64,000 nucleotides of DNA from an uncultured Acidobacteriota bacterium (GTDB lineage: Bacteria; Acidobacteriota; UBA6911), in assembly GCA_963843575.1 (NCBI GenBank), contig CAWJKZ010000016.1, forward strand, positions 1-64,000. The letters are read 5' to 3'. Positions within the stretch are counted from its first letter, which is position 1; the number at the start of each line of letters is the position of its first letter. The notes beneath the pieces were generated by a model. The model was not told the DNA's origin and made no database searches. It saw nothing but the letters and a program-made list of their open reading frames with translations. A program made the position numbers and the translations under genes. This document shows, piece after piece, positions 30,102-39,314 of the stretch.

Positions 30102-33100
30102 TCAGGCCTCCCTCGGCTCGGTGAAGTACGCGAACAGGGCAGGGAGCACGACCAGCGTCAGGACGGTGGACGTGATCAGTCCGCCGATGACGACCGTGGC
30201 GAGCGGGCGCTGAACCTCCGCCCCGGCCGAGGTGGCGAAGGCCATCGGGACGAAACCCAGGCTGGCGACCAGCGCCGTCATGAGCACCGGGCGCAGCCGC
30301 ACGGCCGCCCCCTGGACAATGGCCTCCTCCATCCCGAGCCCGTCGTCCAGGAGGCGGTTGATGTAGGAGACCAGCACCACCCCGTTCAGCACCGCCACGC
30401 CGAACAGGGCGATGAAGCCGACCGCCGCCGAGAGATTCAGGTTGAGGCCGCGCAGCCAGAGCGCGGCGATCCCCCCGACGCTGGCAAACGGCACGTTGAG
30501 CAGGATCAGGAGCGCCTGCCGGACGGAGTTGAAGGTGGAGAACAGCAGGGCGAAGATGATCAGGATCGCCGCGGGGACCACCAGGGCGAGGCGCGCCATC
30601 GCGCGCTGCTGGTTTTCGAACTGGCCGCCCCACTGGAAGTAGTAGCCCGGGGGGAGCTGCACCCGCGACTCGATGAGGCCGCGGGCTTCGGCGACGAAGC
30701 CCCCGAGGTCCCTGCCGCGGACGTTGGCCTGCACCACGATTCGCCGCTGGCTGTCCTCGCGGTTGACGATCTCCGGCCCGTGCACCTGGCGGATGGCCGC
30801 GACCTGATCGAGGGTGACGATCTCCCCGCCGGGGGCGCGCAACTGCACGCGCCCGAGCGTCTCGCGGCTCTGCCGCCACGCCTCCGGCAGCCGCACCGTC
30901 ACCTCGAAGCGCTTCTGCCCGTCGATCATCTCGCTGACGAGGTGCCCGCCGACGGCCGTCTCGGTGACGTCCCGCACGTCGGAGACGTTCAGTCCGTAGC
31001 GGGCGAGCTCGGTGCGGTTGAGGAGGATCTGCCACTCGGCGGCGCCGGAGAAGACCTCTTTCTGAGCGTCGGCGGCGCCGCGCACGGTGCCGAGGAGGCG
31101 CAGCACCTCGTCCCCTTTCTGGTCCAGGACCCGCTCGTCCTCCCCGAAGATCTTCACCGCCACGTCGGCCTTGACGCCGGAGACGACCTCGTCCAGCCGC
31201 ATCGCCATCGGCTGGGTGAAGTTGTAGGTCACGCCGGGGAGTTTCGACAGCGCCTCCGACATGCCCTCGATCAGCTCCTCCTTGGTCTTGTGCCCGGGCC
31301 ACTGCGCGCGCGGCCGGAGCAGGACGTAGACGTCCCCCTGGTAGATGCCCATCGCCTCGGTCGCGACATCGGGGCGGCCCAGCTTGGTGACGACGCTGAC
31401 GACCTCGGGAAACTGCTTCAGCACGCGCTCGACCTGCGTGCTGAGGGCCACTGACTCGGTCAGCGAGATGCTCGGGAGCTTCCGGGTCTCGATGAGGATC
31501 GAGCCCTCGTCGAGACGCGGCATGAATTCGGTCCCGATGAAATACAGGGAGCCCAGGGCCGCCACCACGACGACCGCGGCCACGGCGATCGTCTGGAGGC
31601 GATTGCGCAGGACCCAACGCACCAGGACTACGTAGCGCTCCCGGAACGCCCCGAACCAGCGCTCCCTGTGGGGCGGGAGCGGCTTGCGGAAGACGAGGGC
31701 CGCCGCCGCCGGGACCACGGTCAGGGCCAGTACCAGCGATCCGAGGATGGCCGAGCAGACCGTGACGGCCATGGGGCGGAACATCCGCCCCTCCAGGCCC
31801 TCGAGCGTGAAGATCGGCAGGTACACGGCGATGATGATGGCGATGCCGAACACGATGGGGCGGGCCACCTCGTGGGCGGCGGAGCGGATCTCCTCGCGCG
31901 GCACGATCCCGCCCTCGCGGTGGTGCAGCCGGCGCACGAAGTTCTCCATCATCACCACGGCCCCGTCGACGATGAGGCCGAAATCGATGGCTCCGAGGCT
32001 CATCAGGTTCGCCGAGATCCCGAAGGCCTCCATCCCGATGAAGCTCACCAGCATCGAGAGCGGGATCACGGCGGCCACGATCAGGGCGCCTCGGATGTTC
32101 CCGAGGAACAGGAAGAGGATCACCATGACGAGGACGCCCCCCTCGACGAGGTTGTTGCGCACCGTCCCGATCGTCCGGTCGATCACTTCCGACTGGTCGT
32201 AGAAGGGGTTGAGGCGCACGCCCGAGGGGAGGGTCTTCTGGATCTCGGCGATGCGGGCCTTGACCCGCTGGATGACGTTGTTGCCGTTCTCCCCCTTCAG
32301 CATGATGATCATGCCGGCGACGGTTTCGCCGTTGCCGTCGCGCGTGACCGCGCCCTGGCGCGGCATGGCGCCGACCTGCACCTCGGCGACGTCGCGCAGG
32401 TAGACTGCGGTGCCGGAATGGCTGGTGAGCACGATGCGGCCGAGCTCCTGCGCGTCGCGCGCGCGTCCCAGGCCGCGCACCGTGTACTGCTCGGAGGCGT
32501 GCTCGATGAAGCCGCCGCCGAAGTTGTCGTTGTTGTCGCGCAGCCGCTCGAAGACGTCGCGCAGGGTCAGCCCGTAGCTGCGCAGGCGTACGGCGTCGAC
32601 GACGACGTGGTACTGGCGCGTCAGCCCCCCCCACGTGTTGATCTCGCTCACGCCGGGGACGGCGCGCAGCTGGTACTTCAGCTGCCAGTCGTGCAGCGTC
32701 TTGAGGTCCATGGCCGAGTGGCCGCTCCCCTCGAGCGTGTACTGGTAGATCTCGCCGAAGGCCGTGGCTACGGGCCCCAGGGCCGGCTCGAGTCCGGCCG
32801 GGATGCGCCCGCGCGCCTCGAGCAGACGCTCGTTGACCAGCTGGCGGGCGAAGTAGACGTCCACCGAGTCCTCGAACACGATCGTGACGATCGACAGCCC
32901 GAGCTTCGAGATCGAGCGCACCTTCTCGGTGCGTGGCAGCCCCATCATCGCGGCCTCGATGGGGAACGTCACGAGCTGTTCGACCTCGACCGGGGCCATC
33001 CCGGGCGCTTCCGTGATGACCACGACCTGGTTGTTGGTCAGGTCCGGGAAGGCGTCGATGGGGAGGCGCGCGAGCGCCCACAGCCCCAGGCTGATCAGCC

Positions 33101-33167
33101 CGGCCAGGCCGACGAGCACGAACAGGCGGTGCTGCAAGTGGAAGTCGATGATTTTGCGGAGCAACAT
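30102..33167 (-). CDS. czcA: CzcA/CusA family heavy-metal efflux RND permease
   Basis: LPIDAFPD, SLGAIDFGLIVDGAVVMMEN, RLRPVLMTA, GAEVQRPLA; 1021 aa. Confidence 0.9.
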   Translation of the reverse strand: MLLRKIIDFHLQHRLFVLVGLAGLISLGLWALARLPIDAFPDLTNNQVVVITEAPGMAPVEVEQLVTFPIEAAMMGLPRTEKVRSISKLGLSIVTIVFEDSVDVYFARQLVNERLLEARGRIPAGLEPALGPVATAFGEIYQYTLEGSGHSAMDLKTLHDWQLKYQLRAVPGVSEINTWGGLTRQYHVVVDAVRLRSYGLTLRDVFERLRDNNDNFGGGFIEHASEQYTVRGLGRARDAQELGRIVLTSHSGTAVYLRDVAEVQVGAMPRQGAVTRDGNGETVAGMIIMLKGENGNNVIQRVKARIAEIQKTLPSGVRLNPFYDQSEVIDRTIGTVRNNLVEGGVLVMVILFLFLGNIRGALIVAAVIPLSMLVSFIGMEAFGISANLMSLGAIDFGLIVDGAVVMMENFVRRLHHREGGIVPREEIRSAAHEVARPIVFGIAIIIAVYLPIFTLEGLEGRMFRPMAVTVCSAILGSLVLALTVVPAAAALVFRKPLPPHRERWFGAFRERYVVLVRWVLRNRLQTIAVAAVVVVAALGSLYFIGTEFMPRLDEGSILIETRKLPSISLTESVALSTQVERVLKQFPEVVSVVTKLGRPDVATEAMGIYQGDVYVLLRPRAQWPGHKTKEELIEGMSEALSKLPGVTYNFTQPMAMRLDEVVSGVKADVAVKIFGEDERVLDQKGDEVLRLLGTVRGAADAQKEVFSGAAEWQILLNRTELARYGLNVSDVRDVTETAVGGHLVSEMIDGQKRFEVTVRLPEAWRQSRETLGRVQLRAPGGEIVTLDQVAAIRQVHGPEIVNREDSQRRIVVQANVRGRDLGGFVAEARGLIESRVQLPPGYYFQWGGQFENQQRAMARLALVVPAAILIIFALLFSTFNSVRQALLILLNVPFASVGGIAALWLRGLNLNLSAAVGFIALFGVAVLNGVVLVSYINRLLDDGLGMEEAIVQGAAVRLRPVLMTALVASLGFVPMAFATSAGAEVQRPLATVVIGGLITSTVLTLVVLPALFAYFTEPREA

Positions 33168-34405
33168 CAGTCCTCGGACACCTGGCTCTTCAGCAGTTCG
33201 GATTTCAGGAGAAAACTCCCGCCGGTCACGACGCTTTCGCCGGGCTTGAGCCCCTCCAGCACCTGGGTCTCTTGCCCGGACTGCCGGCCGACGGTGATCG
33301 GGCGGGCGCGAAACTGCGTGTCACTCTCCCGCACGAAGACCGTCGCCTGCCCGTCGACGTCCTGCACTGCTTCAGTCGGGACGAGCACGGCCTCGCGCAT
33401 CTCGCCGACCTCCAGCGACACCGTCGCGTACATCTCCGGCTTGAGCCTCCCGTCGGTGTTGCGGGCCTCGCACCTCACCTCGACCGTGCGGGTTTCGGGG
33501 TTGAGGCTGTCGCCGATGTGGGTGATCCGGCCGGGGAATACCGTGTCGCCGTAGGCCTGGACCGTGATGTCGACGACGCGGCCGACCTTGAGGGCGGAGA
33601 GGTATTTCTCGGCCACCTCGGCGTTGACCCACAGCACGCTGAGGTCGCTCACGACCATCAGGTCGCTGGCGGGCGAAACGACCGCCCCCGGGCTGCAGAA
33701 GCGCTTCAGGACCGTCCCGGCGATCGGGGCCAGCACGGGCACCAGTTCGTCCTCCTCGAACTCGCCGGGCTTGCCCGGCTTGGCGTACTCCTCCTCGGCC
33801 CCCTCCGCCGAAACGCCGAGGTGCCGCAGGTGCTCCTCGATGCGGTTGATCTCGGCCTGGGCCGACGCGATGCCGAGCTGGGCGCTGTGCATGTCGGTCT
33901 CGGTGCGCTGGACCTGCTCCAGCGAGGCGGCCTTCAGCTCGTACAGCCGGGCGGCCCGGTTGCGCGCGTTGGTGGCGAACTCGAGCTCCCCCTGGCGGCG
34001 TCGGAGCTCGGCCATCGCCTTGGCGTACTCGGCGCGGGCGTCGTGCACCTCGTGGCTGTGAAGCCGCGCCAGTAGCTTCCCCTGCGTGACGCGGTCGCCA
34101 ACGTTCGCGTACACCGCAATCACCCGCCCGTCCACGATGGAACCGATCCGGGACGTGAGGTTTTCGTTGACCCCGATCCGGCCCGTCACCTGCAGGACCT
34201 CGGGCATGGGCGCCAGCCTGACCGCCTGCCACCGGATCCGCCCGTCGCGGACCGGGGCGGCGTCCACCCTGACCAGCTTCGGGTCGCGGGGGGCCGGGGT
34301 CGCGGCGGCCGGGGGGGCTTCGGCCGGCCGGGTGCCGCACGCGGCGAGCAACGTCAGCGCAAGCGCCGGCACCGCAGACAAGAAACTGATCCTATGGCTG
34401 AACAC
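33167..34405 (-). CDS. RND efflux periplasmic adaptor subunit (CzcB-like)
   Basis: Lipobox LLAAC, coiled hairpin, APIAGTV, LKPEMYA, GLKPGESVVTGGSF. Confidence 0.9.
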   Translation of the reverse strand: MFSHRISFLSAVPALALTLLAACGTRPAEAPPAAATPAPRDPKLVRVDAAPVRDGRIRWQAVRLAPMPEVLQVTGRIGVNENLTSRIGSIVDGRVIAVYANVGDRVTQGKLLARLHSHEVHDARAEYAKAMAELRRRQGELEFATNARNRAARLYELKAASLEQVQRTETDMHSAQLGIASAQAEINRIEEHLRHLGVSAEGAEEEYAKPGKPGEFEEDELVPVLAPIAGTVLKRFCSPGAVVSPASDLMVVSDLSVLWVNAEVAEKYLSALKVGRVVDITVQAYGDTVFPGRITHIGDSLNPETRTVEVRCEARNTDGRLKPEMYATVSLEVGEMREAVLVPTEAVQDVDGQATVFVRESDTQFRARPITVGRQSGQETQVLEGLKPGESVVTGGSFLLKSELLKSQVSED

Positions 34406-35684
34406 GTGGCAGTCCCTCCACCGGAACGACGTTTTCCACCCCGACCGAACTCTCCAACTCGGCCTGGCTGAGCCGGTACTCGATCTGGGTGCGGGTGAAC
34501 AGAAGCCGGACCTCGTTGCGGACGCGCTGGGCGTCCAGCAGCCGCAGCAGGTCGGCCCCCCCCTGCTGGTAGGCCGCCAGCGAGATGCGCCAGGACTCGT
34601 CCGCTCGCTCCACCATCCCCTTCTCCAGCTGGCCCAGCATGGCGGCGCGGCGGCGCAGCCCGGCCAGCGCCGCCGCCACCTCCGCGTCGATCTGCGCCAG
34701 GACGGCGCGCTGCGCGTGCTCGGCCCGCTCCACCTCGGCCAGGCTGTGGACGATGTTCCCCTGGTTCTTGTTGAAGACCATCAGGGGCACCGAGAGGCCC
34801 CCGAGGAGCGTGTCGAACCCGGCCGTGCGCTTGTACCCGAACAGCACGTTCCAGTCGGGCTTGGCCAGGGATTTCTGCACGTCACTCTCGGCACGCGCCC
34901 GGGCGACCTGGGCCTCGGCCAGTTGCGCCTCGGCCCGGCGCGTGTGCGCCAGCCCGACGAGAGCATCGCGGTCCTGCGGCGGCCCCGCCGGGGGCGGCGC
35001 CGGGGAGTCCGCCAGCCGCAGCGCCTGCGTCGGCCCAGGCAGCCCCATGGCACGGACGAGCTCGGCGTGCGCCCGGTCGACGTCCAGCGCGGCCGCGCTC
35101 TCGGCCAGGCTGAGGCGCTCGCGCTCGAGCAGCACCTTGATCAGGTCCGCCTCGGCCGACGCCCCTTGCTCGACGCGCGCCCGGTGGTAGTCGATGATCT
35201 GCTGGAAGTAGCGCCCGTTCTCCTCCATGAGCTCCAGCTGCCTCTGAGCCAGCAGGCCGCGCAGGAAGGCCTGCCGCACGTCCTGACGCACCTTCCAGCG
35301 CAGCGCCTCCAGCTCGACCTCCGCGATCCTGGCATCCCGGCGCGCCAGCTCGGTCCGAAGGAAGCGCTTCCCACCGCGCTCGACCGGCTGCGCGACATAG
35401 GCGAACAGATCCAGTTCCTGCAAGGGGCGGAATCCCGGATTGCCGGCGAAACGCCAGTTTTCCGACTGGAGGAAAATCTCCGGGTTCGGCCGCAGCGCGG
35501 CCTGGCTTTCGAGCCCCGCGACCCCGCGCACCCGCGCCGCCGCCGCCTGGAGCGTGGCGTGGCCGGCGAGCGCGAGCTCAACCGCCCGGTCGACGGTCAA
35601 CTCGGCAGGAGCGGGCGACTGCTCGGCCCGGACGGCGACGACGAACAACAGCAATGCTACGAGCCGGGCAACCAGCGCTCTCAC
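34392..35684 (-). CDS. TolC family outer-membrane efflux protein (CzcC-like)
   Basis: AGGAGG RBS plus GTG 35684, signal peptide, LRPNP, VERGGKR, FNKNQG, AYQQG..DLLRLLDAQR. Confidence 0.88.
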   Translation of the reverse strand: MRALVARLVALLLFVVAVRAEQSPAPAELTVDRAVELALAGHATLQAAAARVRGVAGLESQAALRPNPEIFLQSENWRFAGNPGFRPLQELDLFAYVAQPVERGGKRFLRTELARRDARIAEVELEALRWKVRQDVRQAFLRGLLAQRQLELMEENGRYFQQIIDYHRARVEQGASAEADLIKVLLERERLSLAESAAALDVDRAHAELVRAMGLPGPTQALRLADSPAPPPAGPPQDRDALVGLAHTRRAEAQLAEAQVARARAESDVQKSLAKPDWNVLFGYKRTAGFDTLLGGLSVPLMVFNKNQGNIVHSLAEVERAEHAQRAVLAQIDAEVAAALAGLRRRAAMLGQLEKGMVERADESWRISLAAYQQGGADLLRLLDAQRVRNEVRLLFTRTQIEYRLSQAELESSVGVENVVPVEGLPRVQP

Positions 35685-36143
35685 GGTAAGGCCTCCTTGA
35701 TCCGGCCCAGAATACCGGACGCGGACCCCGTCCGGCAGCAAAAATCGAGGCGCCCGCCAAGGAAAACATCGCGGTGTAGCTCAGGACGAAGGCGATGTCG
35801 GCGTATGGAGAACCTCCCGCGACCGGTTCGCCGACGGACGCCGAGGGAAGCGCCGACAAGGTGAGCGGCTCGGCGCATGTCGGCGTACGGAAAGCCCTGC
35901 GCGGCCGGTTGTGAGCCTGTTGCCTTCGGCGGCAGGAGCTGGAGATGTGTGAGAGAATGTGGCGCGCGTACCGGGCGATCTGGGCGTCCGCATTCACGAT
36001 AGGAGGGGCCGGCAGTTGTCACTGGCCATCCGGCATCGTACGATCCATGTATGACGTCGGCGCGACCCGTACTTTAACGCAGGTTCTCAGGGTTGTGACT
36101 CGCGGTCCGTCCAACCCCGAGGCGAAACGACCGGAGGAGAAGC

Positions 36144-38519
36144 GTGAACGGGAAATCGGTATCCGTCGTTGTCCTGGCTGTTTCTCTCACGTCCGCCACG
36201 GCGTGGGTCTCGCCCTCGCAACACGATTCGATTGCAGAGGCGATCGGAAACCTCGATCCCCGCGTCCTCGCGGACGTGCCGGGCGAGCGGCTCACCCGGA
36301 TGCTGGAGGATCATGCGCGTCAGGGGATCGCAGTCGCCAACCGGCGTTCCACGGATCAATGGCGACAGGTCTCCACACCGGCGCAGTGGGTACGGTTCCG
36401 GCGCGAAAAACTGGACGCGCTGTGGACCTCGCTTGGACGTTTCCCGGAGATCGCCGCAAACCTGAACACACGCACGACCAGGACGCTCCCTGGCGAGGGA
36501 TATGCCGTCGAAAACCTGGTTTTCGAAAGCCGCCCCGGCTTGTGGGTCACGGCGAATCTCTACCGTCCGGAACCGGCGCGGCAGTCTATGGCGGGGATCC
36601 TGCTGTGCCACAGCCACCACAATCCGAAGTCACAGGTGGAACTGCAGGACATGGGGATGACCTGGGCGCGCGCCGGCTGCCTCGTGCTCGTCATGGACCA
36701 ACCGGGCCACGGCGAACGACGGCAGCATCCTTTCACTTCCGAGCGAGATTATCCCGGCCAGTTTCCAGTGGGGAGGCAGGACTATTACTTCCGCTACAAT
36801 ACCGGCATTCAGCTGCAGCTGATCGGCGACAGCCTGATGGGGTGGATGGTGTGGGATCTGAGGCGCGGGGTGGACCTGTTGCTGTCACGCGCGGGGATAG
36901 ATCCGAAACGCATCGTCCTCATGGGTTCCGTGGCAGGAGGTGGCGATCCCGCCGCGGTCGCTTCGGCCCTGGACGACCGAATCGGCGCCGCGGTTCCTTT
37001 CAACTTCGGCGGTCCCCAGCCGGAGACGCCCTTTCCCCTCCCGGCGGACCCGGAAAATACATTCAATTATGCGGGCAGCGGCAGCTGGGAATCGACGCGC
37101 AACCTGCGGCTCTCGTGCCGTGACGGTTTTCTGCCGTGGGTCATCATCGGCAGCATCGCGCCGCGCAGGCTCGTCTACGCCCACGAGTTCGGCTGGGACC
37201 GGGAGAACGACCCTGTCTGGAACCGGCTGCAGCGGATCTACGCGGATTTCTACCGATCCCCGGAGGTCCTCGACTACACGAGCGGTTTCGGATTGCTGGC
37301 GGGTCGTCCTCCCGAGGCCTCGCACTGCAACAACATCGGGTTACCCCACCGGCAGCGCATCCACGCGGCCCTGCAAAGGTGGTTCGGCATCCCTTGCGGC
37401 CCGGCGCAGGAATACCAGAACCGGCTCCCGGACGGGGACCTGCAATGCATGACGGGCGCCCTGGCGGCCGAACTGAAACCGCGATCGCTCCAGTCGCTCG
37501 TCTCTGAGGTGGGGCGTGCAAGAGCCCTGCAGCACCGGGGACAGGGCCGCGATCTCACGCCTGCGGCGCGGACTCAGCGATTGCAGGGCGAGTGGAGAGC
37601 CCTCCTGGGCGATATCGAACCCGGCCAGCCGCGGATCATCAGGTCGAGCACGAGTGTCCTCAACCGTCTGCATGTGGAGCGGGTGGAACTCGAGACAGAA
37701 CCTGGCATCGTCGTTCCAGTCCTCATCCTGAGATATGGGCCCGGCCGCGTCCCCAGACCCGTCGTCGTTGCGCTCTCGCACGCGGGCAAGGCCGCATTTC
37801 TGCGGGAGCGTGCTGCGGCTGTATCCGGATTGTTGAGAGGCGGCGCTGCCGTCTGCCTGCCCGATCTGCGGGGCACCGGCGAGACGAGTCCGGACAGTTA
37901 CCGGGGGCGGAGCAGCGATGCTACCTCGGTGGCTGCCACGGAGCTGATGCTGGGTGGGACGCTGGTCGGTGCACGCCTGCGTGATGTCCGAAGCACGCTC
38001 CGCTCTTTGCGTTTGCGACCGGATCTCGATGCCGGCCGCATTGCCGTGTGGGCCGACTCATTCGCTTCCGTCAACCCGCCCGGCCGCGATCTGAGAGTTC
38101 CCCTCGGAATCTCCAACGAACCGTCGCTCTCCGAACCGGATGGACCGCTGCTGGCCTTCCTGAGTGCCCTGTTTGAAGCAGACGTGAAGACGGTTTATGC
38201 CCGCGGCGGCTTGACGGGATTCGAGTCGGTGCTCCACAGTCAGTTCTGCTACCTGCCTTACGACACCGTCATTCCCGGCGTCCTGACCGTCGGCGATCTC
38301 TGCGACGTCGCCGCGGGCCTGGCACCGAAGCGCCTGAGGCTGGAAGGATTAGTCGACGGGCTGAATCGTCGCGTGGATCTGCCAACGGCAAGATCGATCT
38401 ACCAGCCCGCCCTCCAGTCCTACCAGGCGGCGGGTGCTGCCGCCAATCTAGTGGTGGGCGACCCTGCCGGGGACGCCGACGTTGCCGAGTGGATACTCCA
38501 CGGCCTGAAACGCAGGTAG
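36144..38519 (+). CDS. Secreted tandem alpha/beta-hydrolase (acetylxylan esterase-like)
   Basis: VENLVFESRPGLWVTANLY, DQPGHGER, IDPKRIVLMGSVAGGG; second domain with LETEPGIVVP and PDLRGTGE. Confidence 0.75.
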   Translation: MNGKSVSVVVLAVSLTSATAWVSPSQHDSIAEAIGNLDPRVLADVPGERLTRMLEDHARQGIAVANRRSTDQWRQVSTPAQWVRFRREKLDALWTSLGRFPEIAANLNTRTTRTLPGEGYAVENLVFESRPGLWVTANLYRPEPARQSMAGILLCHSHHNPKSQVELQDMGMTWARAGCLVLVMDQPGHGERRQHPFTSERDYPGQFPVGRQDYYFRYNTGIQLQLIGDSLMGWMVWDLRRGVDLLLSRAGIDPKRIVLMGSVAGGGDPAAVASALDDRIGAAVPFNFGGPQPETPFPLPADPENTFNYAGSGSWESTRNLRLSCRDGFLPWVIIGSIAPRRLVYAHEFGWDRENDPVWNRLQRIYADFYRSPEVLDYTSGFGLLAGRPPEASHCNNIGLPHRQRIHAALQRWFGIPCGPAQEYQNRLPDGDLQCMTGALAAELKPRSLQSLVSEVGRARALQHRGQGRDLTPAARTQRLQGEWRALLGDIEPGQPRIIRSSTSVLNRLHVERVELETEPGIVVPVLILRYGPGRVPRPVVVALSHAGKAAFLRERAAAVSGLLRGGAAVCLPDLRGTGETSPDSYRGRSSDATSVAATELMLGGTLVGARLRDVRSTLRSLRLRPDLDAGRIAVWADSFASVNPPGRDLRVPLGISNEPSLSEPDGPLLAFLSALFEADVKTVYARGGLTGFESVLHSQFCYLPYDTVIPGVLTVGDLCDVAAGLAPKRLRLEGLVDGLNRRVDLPTARSIYQPALQSYQAAGAAANLVVGDPAGDADVAEWILHGLKRR

Positions 38520-38635
38520 CCCGGGTGGCTTCCAACGCGTGGCCGCGACTCACGCGGGGAGGTCGTTCGGGCACAGGCGGGCTGGATGCCGGGCCCCCTC
38601 GCAGCGTCCGGGCCGGCTCACACGGGCGGCGTAAG

Positions 38636-39118
38636 TCAGCGAGGTTGATCGCCCACCCCTGGCGTGCGGCTGACCTTTTCGGCCAGCTCCATGACGCGAA
38701 GAAGGTTGCCGCCGAGAATCTTCCGGATGTCGTCCTCCGAATAGCCCTTGCGGAGCAACGCCTCGGTGATTTTCGGCAGCTTCGAGCAATCTTCCAGCCC
38801 GTCCGGCATGTTGGCCCCGTCGAAATCGGACCCGAGTCCGACGTGGTCGGGGCCGGCAAGGCGTACAACGTGATCGATGTGTTCGATTATCCTTTCCCAA
38901 CTCACGTGCGGCAGCGTTCCCTGCTCGGTGAGGAGGCGTTCGCGTCTCGACATGGCGCGACCCGCACACTCGCTGTCCTCGCCGCACGACTTGACGATTT
39001 CCTCCATCTGAGCCACGACGCCCCCGACCGCACTCTCATTAGCGTCGTTGTAGGCCTGGTCGAGGAAGCTCTTCTCGTAATTGATTTGAATGACGCCGCC
39101 CCTGTCAATAGCAATCTC
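38636..39118 (-). pseudogene. Membrane dipeptidase (M19) C-terminal fragment, 5'-truncated
   Basis: GGVIQINY, IEHIDHVVRLAGPDHVGLGSDFDG, ILGGNLLRV; the N-terminal metal-binding half is absent. Confidence 0.8.
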
Positions 39119-39314
39119 CTGTCTTGGGTTGCCGCATGATCTGTTGGCTCGGGAGCCGTCAGCAAAATGTGAAATTATTCTTGCGCGAGCCCTGAGGACC
39201 CTCGCGGCGCGGGCCCGCGGGCGGTATTGATGGCCCACGGGGGAAGCGGTATGGTTTGGGCAGAATTTCTTCCCACGCCCTAATGCGGCAAGACGCTTCG
39301 AAGGGATCACGGCA

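Noticed and set aside
28336-33081. 1581-aa ORF and other long shadow ORFs (e.g. 2518..4971, 13269..15893, 46640..49183)
   Set aside because: High-GC alternative or antisense frames of real genes with Arg/Pro/Gly-rich noise; only 28336-30030 of this ORF is a real gene.
35700-36100. Small CzcI-like gene or regulator upstream of the czc operon
   Set aside because: None of the short ORFs has a convincing start, composition or metal-binding motif.
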